64,000 nucleotides of DNA, taken from positions 1,184,001 to 1,248,000 of the forward strand of contig CP000069.1 in assembly GCA_000002445.1 (NCBI GenBank), in the 5' to 3' direction. Under the pieces are notes generated by a model. That model was not told the origin of the DNA and did not search any database. It worked only from the letters and a program-made list of their open reading frames with translations. Origin of the DNA: Trypanosoma brucei (Eukaryota). A program made the position numbers and the translations under genes. Below are positions 1-11,700 of the stretch, in pieces (the stretch's first letter is position 1; the number at the start of each line of letters is the position of its first letter).

Positions 1-489
1 CCCCAACTCTTGTATGCCCGTTCGCCGGTCCTTCTCACGGAATTCTATCAGACGAGGGTCTATACGCACCTTGTATTGCTCCCACAGCTTCTGTGCAACA
101 TCCCTCTTGCGAAGTGGACAGTTAATGAGAAAGCCCTGTCCCCAAGACTGCCGCCCGAAGAGCAGGTAGCCTGTGTTCACCCGCCAATACACGTCGAGCC
201 ACTGCCGCTTCCGTGCAGCAAAATCGAGGAACTCTTCATTACGTTCGATAAAGCAGTCATACTTGTCAGTGTCGGGATTGTAGCACCACAACCCGCGACG
301 AAGTTCCTCCGTGGGCGTTACAGCGTGGCCCGCTTCCATATACTTCCGCGCCACCTCCAGTTTGACAAGCCGCTCCTCACCTGCAAACCCTCCCTGCGGT
401 CCTAGGATCGTCCTCGTAAATAGTACTGGCATGTACTCCAGCTGCAGCTCTGGGGCCATCTCACGAAAAAGACGAGTAAATCGCAACAT
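1..489 (-). CDS. hypothetical protein, 3' part outside window (partial)
   Basis: Reverse-complement reading from ATG (cat at 487-489) gives an open frame MLRFTRLFREMAPELQLEYMPVLFTRTILGPQGG...WEQYKVRIDPRLIEFREKDRRTGIQELG running off the window start; not in ORF track because it is edge-truncated; same orientation as all neighbours. Confidence 0.4.
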   Translation of the reverse strand, partial: MLRFTRLFREMAPELQLEYMPVLFTRTILGPQGGFAGEERLVKLEVARKYMEAGHAVTPTEELRRGLWCYNPDTDKYDCFIERNEEFLDFAARKRQWLDVYWRVNTGYLLFGRQSWGQGFLINCPLRKRDVAQKLWEQYKVRIDPRLIEFREKDRRTGIQELG

Positions 490-1132
490 GTTACCTAACA
501 CTCACCCGCCTTCTACCTCTGAATTTCCCTCTCCACTCTAACCACAACAGCAGGACGCAAAGGGTGAAAGAAACCGAGACCTATTCGGTACACCCCTCCT
601 GCACTTGAAACAGCGAAACGAAGCAAGTGAATCTAACGCAAATTTCCGCATGTTGAGGAATTAATTGACTGGAAACTAGCTTGACAACCGACCCATACCG
701 TGTGGAAGGAGGAACAACCTCCCACTATTATGAACACAAGCAACTGTAAGAACGCTAATGTGAAAAAAATCGTGACAATGTTCAGTGGTACACAGCTAGT
801 TACCACCTCCTCATACAAATTATTCGAGTTTTCTTCCATTTAAAAAAAAATGCATCACAAGCACATCACAACCAAAGACCACATTGGGGCGTCACGACAT
901 AAGAACAAAAAATATTTGGGATCATTTACAGTCTGGGCGATGCTCCACCGCCAGTTCACACCCTCCAACCTACACTACCACGGCAGCGCTTCCCATGATA
1001 AGCAAAGCAGTGCCAAACAAATGCATGCAAATGCAAACGAACAGCTGCCAGTGCCCACACCCATAGACCAACTCGATATCCCTTTGACATCCACCATCAT
1101 AAACAACCTTATGACCCCAAGGACCCGTCATC

Positions 1133-2758
1133 TCAACCACTATCCCGTTGACGCCTCTCTTCCTTAAAATCACACACGCTGGCTTCCGTTGTAATCATCA
1201 ACCCTGCTACTGAGGCGGCATCCACTACGCAAGAGTTCACCACCTTCACGGGGTCGACAATACCCACTTCAAACATATCCACGTAGCGGTCATTCTGCGC
1301 ATCATAGCCCATGCAGCAGTCCTCATACTCAGCAACAGTTTCAACAGTAACAGCACCCTCCTCACCTGCATTCTCACTGATGCGTTTCATTGGAAGACGC
1401 GCCGCGTTGCGCACGATTAATATCCCAGTCCTCCGATCCTGCTCCATGTCCTCATCCTCTCTCATGAGTACATCTAACTGCTTTGACGCGTGAAGGAGGG
1501 CAGCGCCGCCGCCAGCAACAATTCCCTCCGCAAGGGCATTCCGCGCTGCGTTAACGGCATCAATCACACGGTCTTTCGACTCATTGATCTCCACGGTGGA
1601 TCGGCCACCTACGCGGATTACGGCAAACGTGCGGTTTAGTTTGGAAATCCTCTCCCGTAACTTCTCCTTCACATCCTCGGTTAAGGCCCGTTCCAGCCGT
1701 CCCTGCAACAACCGCACCCGCGGTGCCGCGTCAGCCACTCCAGCAACGACGGTGCTATCCATTGTTTGTTCCCATCGTTCCGCGCGTCCTAGCAAACAGG
1801 TGACATCATCCACAACTCCAAGGGAGCCAACCTTCTCCACTCTGCATTGACAACATGTGGCGAGATCGTGGAGCTCCTCCTCTGAAAGTTCAGGGGCGCA
1901 AACAATTCCACACAACACCACATTGTTAACGTGATTGTGTATAACGGTTTGCAGCACTGCTTCAGAAAACTGCGGGGCGACAAGTACAAGAGGTTTACCA
2001 GAATTCTTCGCGGCCCCGAGCAAGCGCAGTACATCATGAACGCTTTCAAGTTTTTCTGCAGTGATGAAAATGAAGGGGCTCTCGAGACTACTCTTAAGTT
2101 CAGTGGTGTTTGTCACCAACGCGCTGGAAACAAACCCCTGCTCCACGCTCCAACCATCGTAACGCATCCACTCAGTTGCACTGCCATTTCCACTCAACAC
2201 GGCAATGTAACCATTTACCCCTACCGACTGCACGACTCTGGCAATCAAAGCTCCCAGAGAACGTTCACCATTAGCGCTGATTGTCGCCACGTTCTCAAGC
2301 ATCTGCAAATCCTTTACTGGGCGCTTCTGTTCACTTAAGCTCTTGAGGAGGACATCGACAGCAATATCTATGCCACGTTTCAGATCCATTGGGTTGGCAC
2401 CCGTCGCAACACATTTGTAACCCTCTGCAAAAATGCTCCATGCAAGTATTGTTGCGGTTGTGGTACCATCCCCCGCAATATCATTCGTCTTTCCCGCCAC
2501 TTGTCGAATAAGTCGGGCGCCCACATCCTCGAATTGATCATTGAACTCAATGGATTGGGCAACCGTTACACCGTCTTTGGTTATCTTCGGCTCGCCTGAG
2601 GGCTGCCGAATAATGACATTTCGTCCCTTCGGGCCCAACGTTACGCCAACGGCAGTAGCGATACGCTCAATACCATTTAGCATGCGTTCTCTTGCCTCAC
2701 CACCGAAATGAATTGCCTTGCCAGCAGCCGAAGCAAGACGGCGTGTTGAATAAAGCAT
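1133..2758 (-). CDS. HSP60: chaperonin HSP60/Cpn60 (GroEL family) paralog, divergent C-terminus
   Basis: 541 aa; GroEL-type motifs AGDGTTTATILA, GPKGRNVII, IVAGGGAAL; N-terminus MLYSTRRLASAAGK looks like a mitochondrial presequence; ATG verified at 2756-2758. Confidence 0.85.
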   Translation of the reverse strand: MLYSTRRLASAAGKAIHFGGEARERMLNGIERIATAVGVTLGPKGRNVIIRQPSGEPKITKDGVTVAQSIEFNDQFEDVGARLIRQVAGKTNDIAGDGTTTATILAWSIFAEGYKCVATGANPMDLKRGIDIAVDVLLKSLSEQKRPVKDLQMLENVATISANGERSLGALIARVVQSVGVNGYIAVLSGNGSATEWMRYDGWSVEQGFVSSALVTNTTELKSSLESPFIFITAEKLESVHDVLRLLGAAKNSGKPLVLVAPQFSEAVLQTVIHNHVNNVVLCGIVCAPELSEEELHDLATCCQCRVEKVGSLGVVDDVTCLLGRAERWEQTMDSTVVAGVADAAPRVRLLQGRLERALTEDVKEKLRERISKLNRTFAVIRVGGRSTVEINESKDRVIDAVNAARNALAEGIVAGGGAALLHASKQLDVLMREDEDMEQDRRTGILIVRNAARLPMKRISENAGEEGAVTVETVAEYEDCCMGYDAQNDRYVDMFEVGIVDPVKVVNSCVVDAASVAGLMITTEASVCDFKEERRQRDSG

Positions 2759-2887
2759 GATGTTCGTCCGTTATTTCTTTTACTTGTTTATTTTTAAACT
2801 ACAGGCACTGCTCCTCCGATCCCGATGGTCCAACCCCCTCGTTTATACACGCGGACGTTTTTAATGTCGATACGGAAAGTGTTTAAT

Positions 2888-2916
2888 GTTGTTGTTGTTG
2901 TTGTTGTTTTTTTTAC
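2888..2916. repeat. (GTT)7 followed by T run
   Basis: Direct reading, intergenic upstream of HSP60. Confidence 0.8.
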
Positions 2917-3230
2917 CCACCCCTTTCTCGTCACACTCCTGCCTTCGCTAACGTAACTCTAAAAGGAAAAACAAATAAACGGAAATAGCACTTACGCGCA
3001 ACCACGTGGTTAATAGACAGTGTTAAAGGCGGAACAAAAATTATTATCGGCCGTATACATCATTCCATGAACAGCTGTTAAAAGGAAACTAACACAACAA
3101 GAGCAAGTAATACCAACGTCACTCTCTTTTCTTCGCCCTAATCACTTACTTGCACTCACTCATCACCGCTTTTATTTCAAATGGGTTGGGTGGGCAAATT
3201 TGTTCCGCCGCACCATCAAAGTACCGACAT

Positions 3231-5624
3231 TCAAGTGTGAGAAATGCGTTGCAACATGGCTCGCTGTCTAGAAAGATCCATCTGCAGTCGTGAAGTTGCG
3301 CTATTCAATTCCGATGGATCCACATGCGGTTCTATACGTTTTGCCGGGGGCTCACGGACCACCACCTCGGCGCTTTGCCTCGCCACTTCCTTCCGCAGAC
3401 GCTCATTAGTCGCGCTAGACTCCATGGCGTACCGTTGAAGATCCTCAAATCGTCGCAGGAGTTCAACCTTTTCTTCTTCAAAAGATTTACGCTCTTGCCG
3501 AAGTGCCTCGCGCTCTGCAGCGATTTCGTCACACAACCGCTTTTGTTCGCGGCGCATTTCACCAATGGCAACACGATCCTCCTCCATCGCATCCACTTTT
3601 GCTGCGTATGCTTCCTCTTGAGCGCGTAAGGATTTGAGTAATTCCGCTTCATCATTGTTCCGCCGTTCTCGAAGCATTGCGGCTTCGGTCCGCTCACGAG
3701 AAATTGCCATTCGTTCTTCCTGTAACTCAGCCATGGCATGCAGTTTTTTTGCCATGAACTCCTCATACTGTTGTTCAAAGAGTTTTCGCTCCTGCGATAC
3801 CTCGTGGAGCATTAACCTCCTGTCCTTCTCAAGCTGCTCTCGCAACGTTTCATAGTGTGCTTGAGACTCCTGGCAACGGCGGCGCTCCTCTGCAGCTTCT
3901 CTTGTGAAGTTGGACAACCCAATGTCAAACTTTGCATACAACGAGGCAATACGAGCCCGCTCCTTCTCCATTTCCCCTTTCGTATATTTGATCTCTTCAA
4001 GCACAGAGTCCACTAGTGCCTTCTGCTCATTAATGAGTCGTTCTTTTTGTCGGAGTACCTCAAGTCGCTCATCGGTGACAGCCTCATTCATCTGCGTTGC
4101 TTTCTCCATATCCTTGTGCAGCACTTCAACTATCTTTTGCAACTCGGCGGCGTTCTTTGTATGTGCTTCAAAAGATTCTACGTGCTGCATATGCAATCTA
4201 TCACTGTGTGCTGACGATTCAGCATACCGCTTCTCCATCGCCGCAAGCTCCGTACGATGCATCTCTTCGGAGTGCGCACGAGCAAGCTCCAACTGACGCC
4301 GCGCTTCCTCCAACTGGTTTTCATATCTCCGTTTCATGTCGTCAAGTTGTGTTTGCAAAAACTTCTGATCCCGTTCGCGAATGCCTGCATCTTCGCGATC
4401 ACGTCGCTGACTTTCCATGCGGGTTATCTCGTCGCGCAACTCCCTCTCGTTCTTGGCTCGCTCCTCACGATCCTCCAGATCACGTTTTCGACGAGCTTCA
4501 CGCTCCTCATCATCCTTCGCGATCTTCGCATCAATTAACGTCCGAAATCGTTCCTCACGGTCCTCCATTGCAGCCCAAAAACGCTCCTCGCGTTCCTTTA
4601 CTTCTTTCTGTAGCCATTCCCGTCGTTCCAATTCCTCACGACGGTCCCGCACCTCACGCTCCTTGCGATATCGCTCATCTTTTAAGAGCCGTTCCCTCTC
4701 TGCTGCAACAACAGACAAGTTGAGCTCGTGGAACACTTCACGAACATCCTGCGCGAGGCGTTGAAAAAGAGTTCGTGCTGCTTCCTCCTGCTCCAGCCGC
4801 CGAAGGTGTACTGCACGTTCCCTTTCACGCTGTCGGCGGCGCTGGCTCTCAATATTCGCGACTGGCTGCTCCTCTTGCGGCAGGCCCGTTTTCGCTTCCA
4901 TCCCGGTTGCACCGGTAGGAAATCCAATTGCAGGTGCGCCCCCTACGGTGTTCCTCATAGCCCGCGCTTCTATCTCCATTTCTCTTTGTTTCTCTTCTTG
5001 CAACCGCTTGAACTCCTCCATTTGCGCCCGCAGTTCCTCCTGTTGCCGTTGCAGGGCCTTTTCCCTCCGCTCTTGCTCCTCTTGCATCTGCCGCATCTGT
5101 TGTTCGTATTGTTCCTTTGCAGCCTTAGCCGCCTCCTCCGAGAAGAGTTCCTTGCGTGCAGGTTGCCTTCCTGAGCTTGGTGGATCGCTTCCTCCACTAC
5201 TGGATGCCGAAGGCGGCGCAACGGGTATTTCATCGTCAAAATCCTCTGAGTACTTATCAAATGAATCATCATCATACGTGTAGTCGTAATCATCGGAGGT
5301 TTTAGCTTTTCCTCCACTTTCGGTTCCACTAGCAGCGCTCACCGATGCGGTGCTGATTGTTTCCTTTGTGTCCTTCCCTCCCTTCTTATTTGTGCTTTTC
5401 TCCTCTTTGGATTTTGATTTCTTTTCCTTTTTATCTTTTTTCTTCTTTTTCTTCTTGCTCTTTTCCTTCTTTTTTTCCTCCTTCTTTTTGCTCTCCACTT
5501 CCTCTCCATCAAAGTCAGACTGGACGTAGGCATCCTCACCCTCATAGAACTCGTCTAACACGTCAAACGAAAACTGTTTGGTCGGTTGTCTCTGAAGACT
5601 CGGCGCCCCTTTTAGTGACGACAT
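3231..5624 (-). CDS. hypothetical charged coiled-coil protein (K-rich block, acidic block, long E/R/K/Q-rich helical region)
   Basis: Long ORF; lysine run KKKEEKKKEKSKKKKKKKDKKEKK followed by DDYDYTYDDDSFDKYSEDFDDE, then ~550 aa of heptad-like E/R/K/Q/L repeats; start trimmed to ATG at 5622-5624 (MSSLKGAPSL) because the 21 upstream codons of the track ORF are hydrophobic and A/T-rich; 5687 is an alternative start. Confidence 0.55.
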   Translation of the reverse strand: MSSLKGAPSLQRQPTKQFSFDVLDEFYEGEDAYVQSDFDGEEVESKKKEEKKKEKSKKKKKKKDKKEKKSKSKEEKSTNKKGGKDTKETISTASVSAASGTESGGKAKTSDDYDYTYDDDSFDKYSEDFDDEIPVAPPSASSSGGSDPPSSGRQPARKELFSEEAAKAAKEQYEQQMRQMQEEQERREKALQRQQEELRAQMEEFKRLQEEKQREMEIEARAMRNTVGGAPAIGFPTGATGMEAKTGLPQEEQPVANIESQRRRQRERERAVHLRRLEQEEAARTLFQRLAQDVREVFHELNLSVVAAERERLLKDERYRKEREVRDRREELERREWLQKEVKEREERFWAAMEDREERFRTLIDAKIAKDDEEREARRKRDLEDREERAKNERELRDEITRMESQRRDREDAGIRERDQKFLQTQLDDMKRRYENQLEEARRQLELARAHSEEMHRTELAAMEKRYAESSAHSDRLHMQHVESFEAHTKNAAELQKIVEVLHKDMEKATQMNEAVTDERLEVLRQKERLINEQKALVDSVLEEIKYTKGEMEKERARIASLYAKFDIGLSNFTREAAEERRRCQESQAHYETLREQLEKDRRLMLHEVSQERKLFEQQYEEFMAKKLHAMAELQEERMAISRERTEAAMLRERRNNDEAELLKSLRAQEEAYAAKVDAMEEDRVAIGEMRREQKRLCDEIAAEREALRQERKSFEEEKVELLRRFEDLQRYAMESSATNERLRKEVARQSAEVVVREPPAKRIEPHVDPSELNSATSRLQMDLSRQRAMLQRISHT

Positions 5625-6434
5625 ACTGTTGATAATAACAAAAGTGAAGATGTAAAATAAAAAAACCGTTCTGTATATTTTGTCCACACGGTTTTAGCGT
5701 ACGTCACTGGCTAAGTCTATATTTATAATTTGTCTGTTTATGAGTAATTCTATGGGTCTCAGCGCCGTTCCGGCAACCGAAGTCCTCACGTCTTAGCGCC
5801 CGTTGTTTCCACGGTGAATAGAGGCCCTTTTCCCCTTTTGCGTGGACGGTATTTGCGGCCCCGGCTTGGCAGCAGACGCATACGACGACGAGATGATAAA
5901 AGAAAGAGTAAATAAAATACAAAAGACGAAGCAGTGAACCAAGGGAGAGGCGAAGGCGGTGACAAACGCGGCAAATGAAACTTACACATGGCCAAAAGAA
6001 GCGGCGATATTGGTAATCACAATACCACCCAAGTATACCGGGAGCGTATTCTGCTTTCCCTTTCCCACAGCGATCATCACAATTTCCCTTTTTATTGTGG
6101 GGTGCAAAACTCAACGGGAAACAAGAGATGTAAAAAGAAAATAAAACATCCCCTAAGGCGGGAACAGAGTTGGACACCATGCGCTCGCCCCCGCCCCACC
6201 AAGTAAAAGCCAATACAAACACATAAGCAAGCACACAAACATATGAATATATAAACATATAAATATGTACAAGCGAAATAAGAACAAGGGGAGGCAAGTT
6301 CACAAGAGTATCACAACCAAAAAGGTGCGTAGAACAGCACCAAACGCTCCAACAACAACAACAAAAGCAACAACAATATGTTAACCGGTTCAAGTCCCAA
6401 CGAGAGCAACACCACCAAGGAGGGTCATTTAGCG

Positions 6435-7616
6435 CTACGATTTCCACATAGAAGAGACCCAACCTGTCAAATTTTCCTTCCAAGACGGGCCACCAGCACC
6501 GCTAAATTTGTAGCGTTCACGCAATTTGTTTGCATCCTCACGACTCCCCGACTTTAACCACGCGATTGGTTGAAATCCAAACCGCATCACCCAAGTCGAT
6601 GCGATGTCTAGAAACTCGACGACGTCGCACGAGGGATATGATTGCAAGAATGGAAGAATAGTGCCTAAATGGTCCAACGCCAGTATATCATCCCGCTTAT
6701 ACACCAACATGGCAGCGGCAATGTAAATAACTACGCCACATATATCTTCCCCAAAAGAAAAAATAAAATCCCATATCCTAAACACATCGGGAACATTAAA
6801 CTCCTGAGTGAACAGCAGGGTTAACCAACGAAATGCATAAAACTCGGAGCGTATTTCGTTGGTCTCCAGGTGATCCCAAAGTTCTGGGTCTACAAACTGG
6901 ACGATGCGCTCAAAATTTCTAATGGTACTCATAACTCCCGTGTTCTTGTCAAAGTCAAGAGTACGACAGAAATCATCCCCTAGGTGTGAGAGCATTCTCT
7001 GGAAGAAAAAGAACACGTCCGCCTCCACAGTTTCGTCAACGGCAGAAGGTTCACCACACGTGAAGGCAAAGAGCAAGTGGCCCACGAGCTCATTCATGCC
7101 TTGTACGTAGCCAAACCCTTTATTAACCCCAGCGAAGGTGTGAAGGATGCGACGCAGACATTGCTGCATTGGGGAAAAGGTTGTGGGGATGCCCTCTATC
7201 ACCGTGAAGTCACGCTCCAAATTGAAAAAATGCATAGTGGGCATTGTGCGCGGGATGTCAATATCAATTTCACGGTTACTATTCTCACAGATAACGACGT
7301 TATTATTTTCGTCTAGCGTGCATATAAGACGCACAAGCTCCTTATACTCACTCGCCTTCTTACTCTCAATCGCTTCCCACCCAGTTACATCATGTGGAAA
7401 AAGTCCAATCATCAACTTCCAGTAAGTTCGACGGATCCTGTCATGAACACCACGTCGGCACATGAGAGTGGCATTTGAAATGTCAACAACAGGACCTGCT
7501 ACAACGGCAGCACATGCGGCTTCGGTTGATTCCACGGAGCGCAGCATCGATCTGTTTCCTTTCGCGTCACTCTCATCGTCACCGCTAACCAGAGACGGAG
7601 GCGGGAAGCCAGACAT
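6435..7616 (-). CDS. TBC-domain Rab GTPase-activating protein
   Basis: Dual-finger TBC signatures IDIDIPRT (IxxDxxR arginine finger) and YVQGMNE (YxQ glutamine finger); start trimmed to ATG 7614-7616 (MSGFPPPSLVSGDDE) because the upstream track extension translates a polypyrimidine/low-complexity tract. Confidence 0.75.
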   Translation of the reverse strand: MSGFPPPSLVSGDDESDAKGNRSMLRSVESTEAACAAVVAGPVVDISNATLMCRRGVHDRIRRTYWKLMIGLFPHDVTGWEAIESKKASEYKELVRLICTLDENNNVVICENSNREIDIDIPRTMPTMHFFNLERDFTVIEGIPTTFSPMQQCLRRILHTFAGVNKGFGYVQGMNELVGHLLFAFTCGEPSAVDETVEADVFFFFQRMLSHLGDDFCRTLDFDKNTGVMSTIRNFERIVQFVDPELWDHLETNEIRSEFYAFRWLTLLFTQEFNVPDVFRIWDFIFSFGEDICGVVIYIAAAMLVYKRDDILALDHLGTILPFLQSYPSCDVVEFLDIASTWVMRFGFQPIAWLKSGSREDANKLRERYKFSGAGGPSWKENLTGWVSSMWKS

Positions 7617-8408
7617 GTTCCCCTCCCTCCCCCCCTCCTCTTCTCTCCCTTCTTTTTTTTTCCCTTGCACGAAGTGCCGAAACCTCCTTTCCTCTGTTAA
7701 ACAGGGAGGGAAAAGGACTTTTAAAAAGATACTAATACTGATATATACCCTTACTTGCGACAAGCCAGTGAAGAAAAAGACATCAAATACTTGCACATGG
7801 AATATTACATGCAGATATTTAAAAACACATGTTTGAATGGAGCAGCACATCACTGATGTAGAACTTCATATTCCACACAAAACGTTTTAGCCCACTTCAC
7901 AAACTGTATCCTGAAACTGAAATATGTACAGCGAGGGGACGGACCGCATAAAACCCTTACTAATCATATGCATAACACTACTAGTAACTGCTAAAACAAT
8001 GTTCATGGGAATAATACACACTGCTATGAAAACGTACCAGTTCCCTCGTGCCACTCCATCAACTTCATTGGAAGATGCCTCAATACAAATAAAACGAGAA
8101 ACACTTTTCCCTCAATCTTCACACTCACCTACAAATAAACATAAGCACTCATTCCCATATCCCCGCCAAGTCCAATCCCTACTCTATCACTTATGCACGG
8201 GAATGCTATAACCCACGCACAGATGATAGCAATGAGGCACTGAGTTGCGAAACCGGACGAATGAGATTAGATGTCCGCCTCGACTAAACAAAGGGGAATT
8301 GAAAGGAAATAAGTTTCTACGCGTCTTTTGTGAGTGTATGTGCATGCGTGTGTGTTTACCGCACATGCAAGGCGATAAACGTTACGCGGAGACCTCAACG
8401 TTACACGT

Positions 8409-8723
8409 TTACGGCAATGGGTTCATCATGTCGAAAAGGGAAAGTAGAGCCCTTGTGGGAGTCAGTTGCGTGTCAATGATTGGATACACAAGTGCCATCC
8501 GCCCGTCTGGAAGCGCAACATACGCGCGACGCTCAATGCGGTCACATGTGTTTTCCTCCTCATCTGCAAGTGAACCACGATAGTACGATTGTTTGGCGAG
8601 AATAGCAGCAGCCGCTACGCCAAACATAAGCTTGGGAGTGTGATATGCCGTGCGGTGAAGTGTGCTCGCAAATGTCGCAGGCGTAAAGTACGACCAAAGG
8701 GGGCGCTTAACCACAGGTGGCAT
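8409..8723 (-). CDS. candidate small (104 aa) single-pass membrane protein
   Basis: ATG-initiated (cat 8721-8723), same strand as the cluster, GC-rich third positions, one hydrophobic helix LMFGVAAAAILA; minus-strand polypyrimidine tract ~150 nt upstream (+ strand purine run ~8860-8900); no homology recognised. Confidence 0.3.
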   Translation of the reverse strand: MPPVVKRPLWSYFTPATFASTLHRTAYHTPKLMFGVAAAAILAKQSYYRGSLADEEENTCDRIERRAYVALPDGRMALVYPIIDTQLTPTRALLSLFDMMNPLP

Positions 8724-11700
8724 TTGTCCTCTTTATACGGATCGTAATGGTAACAAGTTATTTTTCCCTTTTTTTTCTTTTGATTCTTTCTTTTTTCCCC
8801 CTGATAACTTCCTTTTTGTTTTCTCCTTCTTCCGCTTCCCCGAACCATCAAACAATAAAACCGAAAGGAAAAACGGCGCATTTACGATTAAAACAAAAAG
8901 TGACGATTGGATGCAACAACTCCGACTACACACAAATACGCAACAAATGTGGGAAAAGCTTTTGCCGACATTGAGGTGCCAAATCCACGCCCACACAATA
9001 ATACACACATGCAAGGAAGATTTAAAGGGAACTAAGAAATATTAGAAACTTTTTCTTGTCTTCCGCATACACGCACACGCATAGGGCAGAAACATATCAC
9101 CAACAAAAGAAAAAAACTCATAGTAGGAAAAGTTATTTTCCCCCTACATTAGAAACAGAGCACTTTCCCTAACAATCCACCAATACAGATTTTGACAGGG
9201 CGTCAACAAGTTATGAGGCAACCACATAGTGCAAAAAAAAAAAAAGGCTCTCGATGCCTCAGTGTTAATGCGTAATGTGTGGAACTGCATCATAACCTCA
9301 TGTCTGCGATCATATGAGTAGCATAAATATGAATATGAATATGTGCGGATGCGTGAGATTCCTCATAGTTTTGTACGCGACTTCGACACAGTCAACTGCA
9401 GCCGTCACAACAGTGCCAAAAAACATTGCCATACGGCCTACTGAATCTCGCTACGGTAATTGTGCAACGGACTTTAATGCACCAAAATTCTTACAAAAAA
9501 AAACGCAAACCGATATGCATAAACAAACACCTACACATCCGGCACGGGATAGAAATCTACTCAAAAACGAGCTCAACAAAATTCTCCACAATTTGGTGCT
9601 GCAGACATTTTTTAAAAAAATATGGGGGCCTTGGCGCCGGTCAGGACAGTTCGGGTGTGCACGAGCGCATGCCAGAGAATAAGCGTAAATGCAATATCTA
9701 CTACCAAGTAAAGAAAAAGAAAGTGACTGTACGTTTGGTAACTTGATGAAAAGGAATTTAAAAAGGGGGGAGGGAATGAAGAAGACGAAGAAAGGGGAAA
9801 AAAAAAAGAAATGAGGAGGCAGCGGGTAAACCGCAAGTGGCAAAAGATGAAGGGACCATCAAACAAATAGTGAAGGAAAGCGAAGCATTGGCCCAAAGGC
9901 CAGCACGCCATCGCCACTGGGAACACATATTTAAGTCGAGTCAAGGTAAAGAAAACATAGCGGAGAGAAAAACCCCGTCTGCATGCGTTAGGGTTATGGA
10001 CTTTACAATTGTCCTATTCTTTCTTACGCTTTTCCCTCTTTTCCTTTTTTGTTTCTCGTTTCTATTCTCTGTTTTTTTTTCTTTTTCTTTCTTATATATA
10101 TGTAATTTTGTTTTCATTCCCGTCTATTCGAAATACATCTCCTCCTTCTCCTTTCAGCTTCCTCTTTTTTTCTTTTCCTTTCTTCCGTTCACTCACATAC
10201 GACCCTTTCGAATATAAAACAAAAACTGGTGCCGAAAGTCCCAAAATGCTCATATACGCGGAGAAAGGGTGAAAAAATAATCATAACGAACATCAAAAAT
10301 AAATATAAAGATGAAAGACCAGCGCAGGTATATCATACATAAACAACTCCGCAAGCGTTAGGAAAAAAGGGTGCTGATAAAAAGACGAAGCAATAATAAT
10401 CAAAAAAAAAATGCTCCGCGTTAAGAAAACTCTTATCATCCTTCTTTTCTGTGCTGGCGCCTTCTTTTTTTTTTTTGCGTGTGTGTGCCAATGACTTTTT
10501 CTCTCCCGCATTGGGTACGCGCAGTCACACCAGCACAGACGTATATAAAATATATTATTTTTTTTTTCTTTAACTTTATACATTTATCAAAACAAACAAA
10601 CAAAGAAACGTACCTTCATTTCGCTCTCCCTCCTTTTCCCCTTCCCCTTTTTTTCAAATTCTTTATATATATATTAATTTTCCTTTCATAATTCTTTCTC
10701 ATTTATTTTTAATTCAGATTCCTTTTTTTTTTTTTGAGCTTACGGCCCAAATACACTGGCCACTAAGAGCGAGTGAAATAAAACTTAATGCAGCATTTAC
10801 CTTCATTAGTATCCTGAGAAGAACTGCTGGTGCGTAAAACCCAACCTTCCGCGTCAAGGCACTCAATGATGACGAGAGACACGGCGGCGCGGTGCAGTTC
10901 GTCACAAAAGTGTTGACTTAATTCCATCTTCCATGATTCGGGGTTTTTGCTGTGCACAAAATAAGAAGGTTCACGAGAACGGCTGAGTGCAGTGGAAAGC
11001 ACGGTGGGAATACGTTCCTCCATGTGCTTAATCGTATCCTCCCGCAGCGGTGAACCAACAATGCTGAAAGCTGGAGGGCTGAAAGTTGCAGTGACAACGA
11101 GGTTTGGCATTTTTTTTTCTTTTTTCTTTCCTCCTTGTTTTATTGTCCTTAACAAAAGAAAAAACAAAGATTTACTTTGTAGGTGTGCTTGGTTCTTAGT
11201 CACCTGTCAGTGTAGACGTAACCGGCACTCACCCTCTGTTACCTTCTAGTTTGTGAAAAAAAAAATGATAATAATAACGCTTATTAAAGGTTTAAGCGTA
11301 CACCGAATCTTGGGTTGCTTTGCCTTCTTGCTTTAATTCTCAACGACGTTACTTCTAAGGAGAGGTTACAAAAACAAGAATTGGATGAAAGACAAAAAAA
11401 ATGGAATTGTGAAGTTTACATGAATACGTGCTTCATAAGGGGAAATTTTCATTTTAGACGTTTATTTACGTTTTGCATTCATTCTCTTTTTTTTTTCTTC
11501 TTCCTTTTTTGTCGTTTTCTTTCTTTTTGTCAACATCTCCTTCCTTTTGACCTCCGCACAGCAACAACATCAACAACATAAACGAACAGACGGTAATTGG
11601 TGATCCCTAAATATTGCAAACACTTCCTTCACTTGTGAAAGGAGCGGGAATGGGACGAGCGGCGGAGACGAACGAAACACGAAACTGTACGCCGCACTGC

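Noticed and set aside
10-405. 131-aa + strand ORF at the window start
   Set aside because: Antisense to the better-supported edge-truncated minus-strand gene; Pro/Leu-rich composition typical of a reverse-frame artefact.
5704-6483. 259-aa Cys/Trp-rich ORF between the coiled-coil gene and the TBC gene
   Set aside because: Translation of A/C-rich and (CAA)n-like low-complexity intergenic sequence (CCCFCCCCWSVWCC); no coding-like composition.
9837-10272. + strand ORFs of 126 aa and 87 aa (FLTLFPLFLFCFSFLFSVFF...)
   Set aside because: Pure translation of pyrimidine tracts on the non-transcribed strand.
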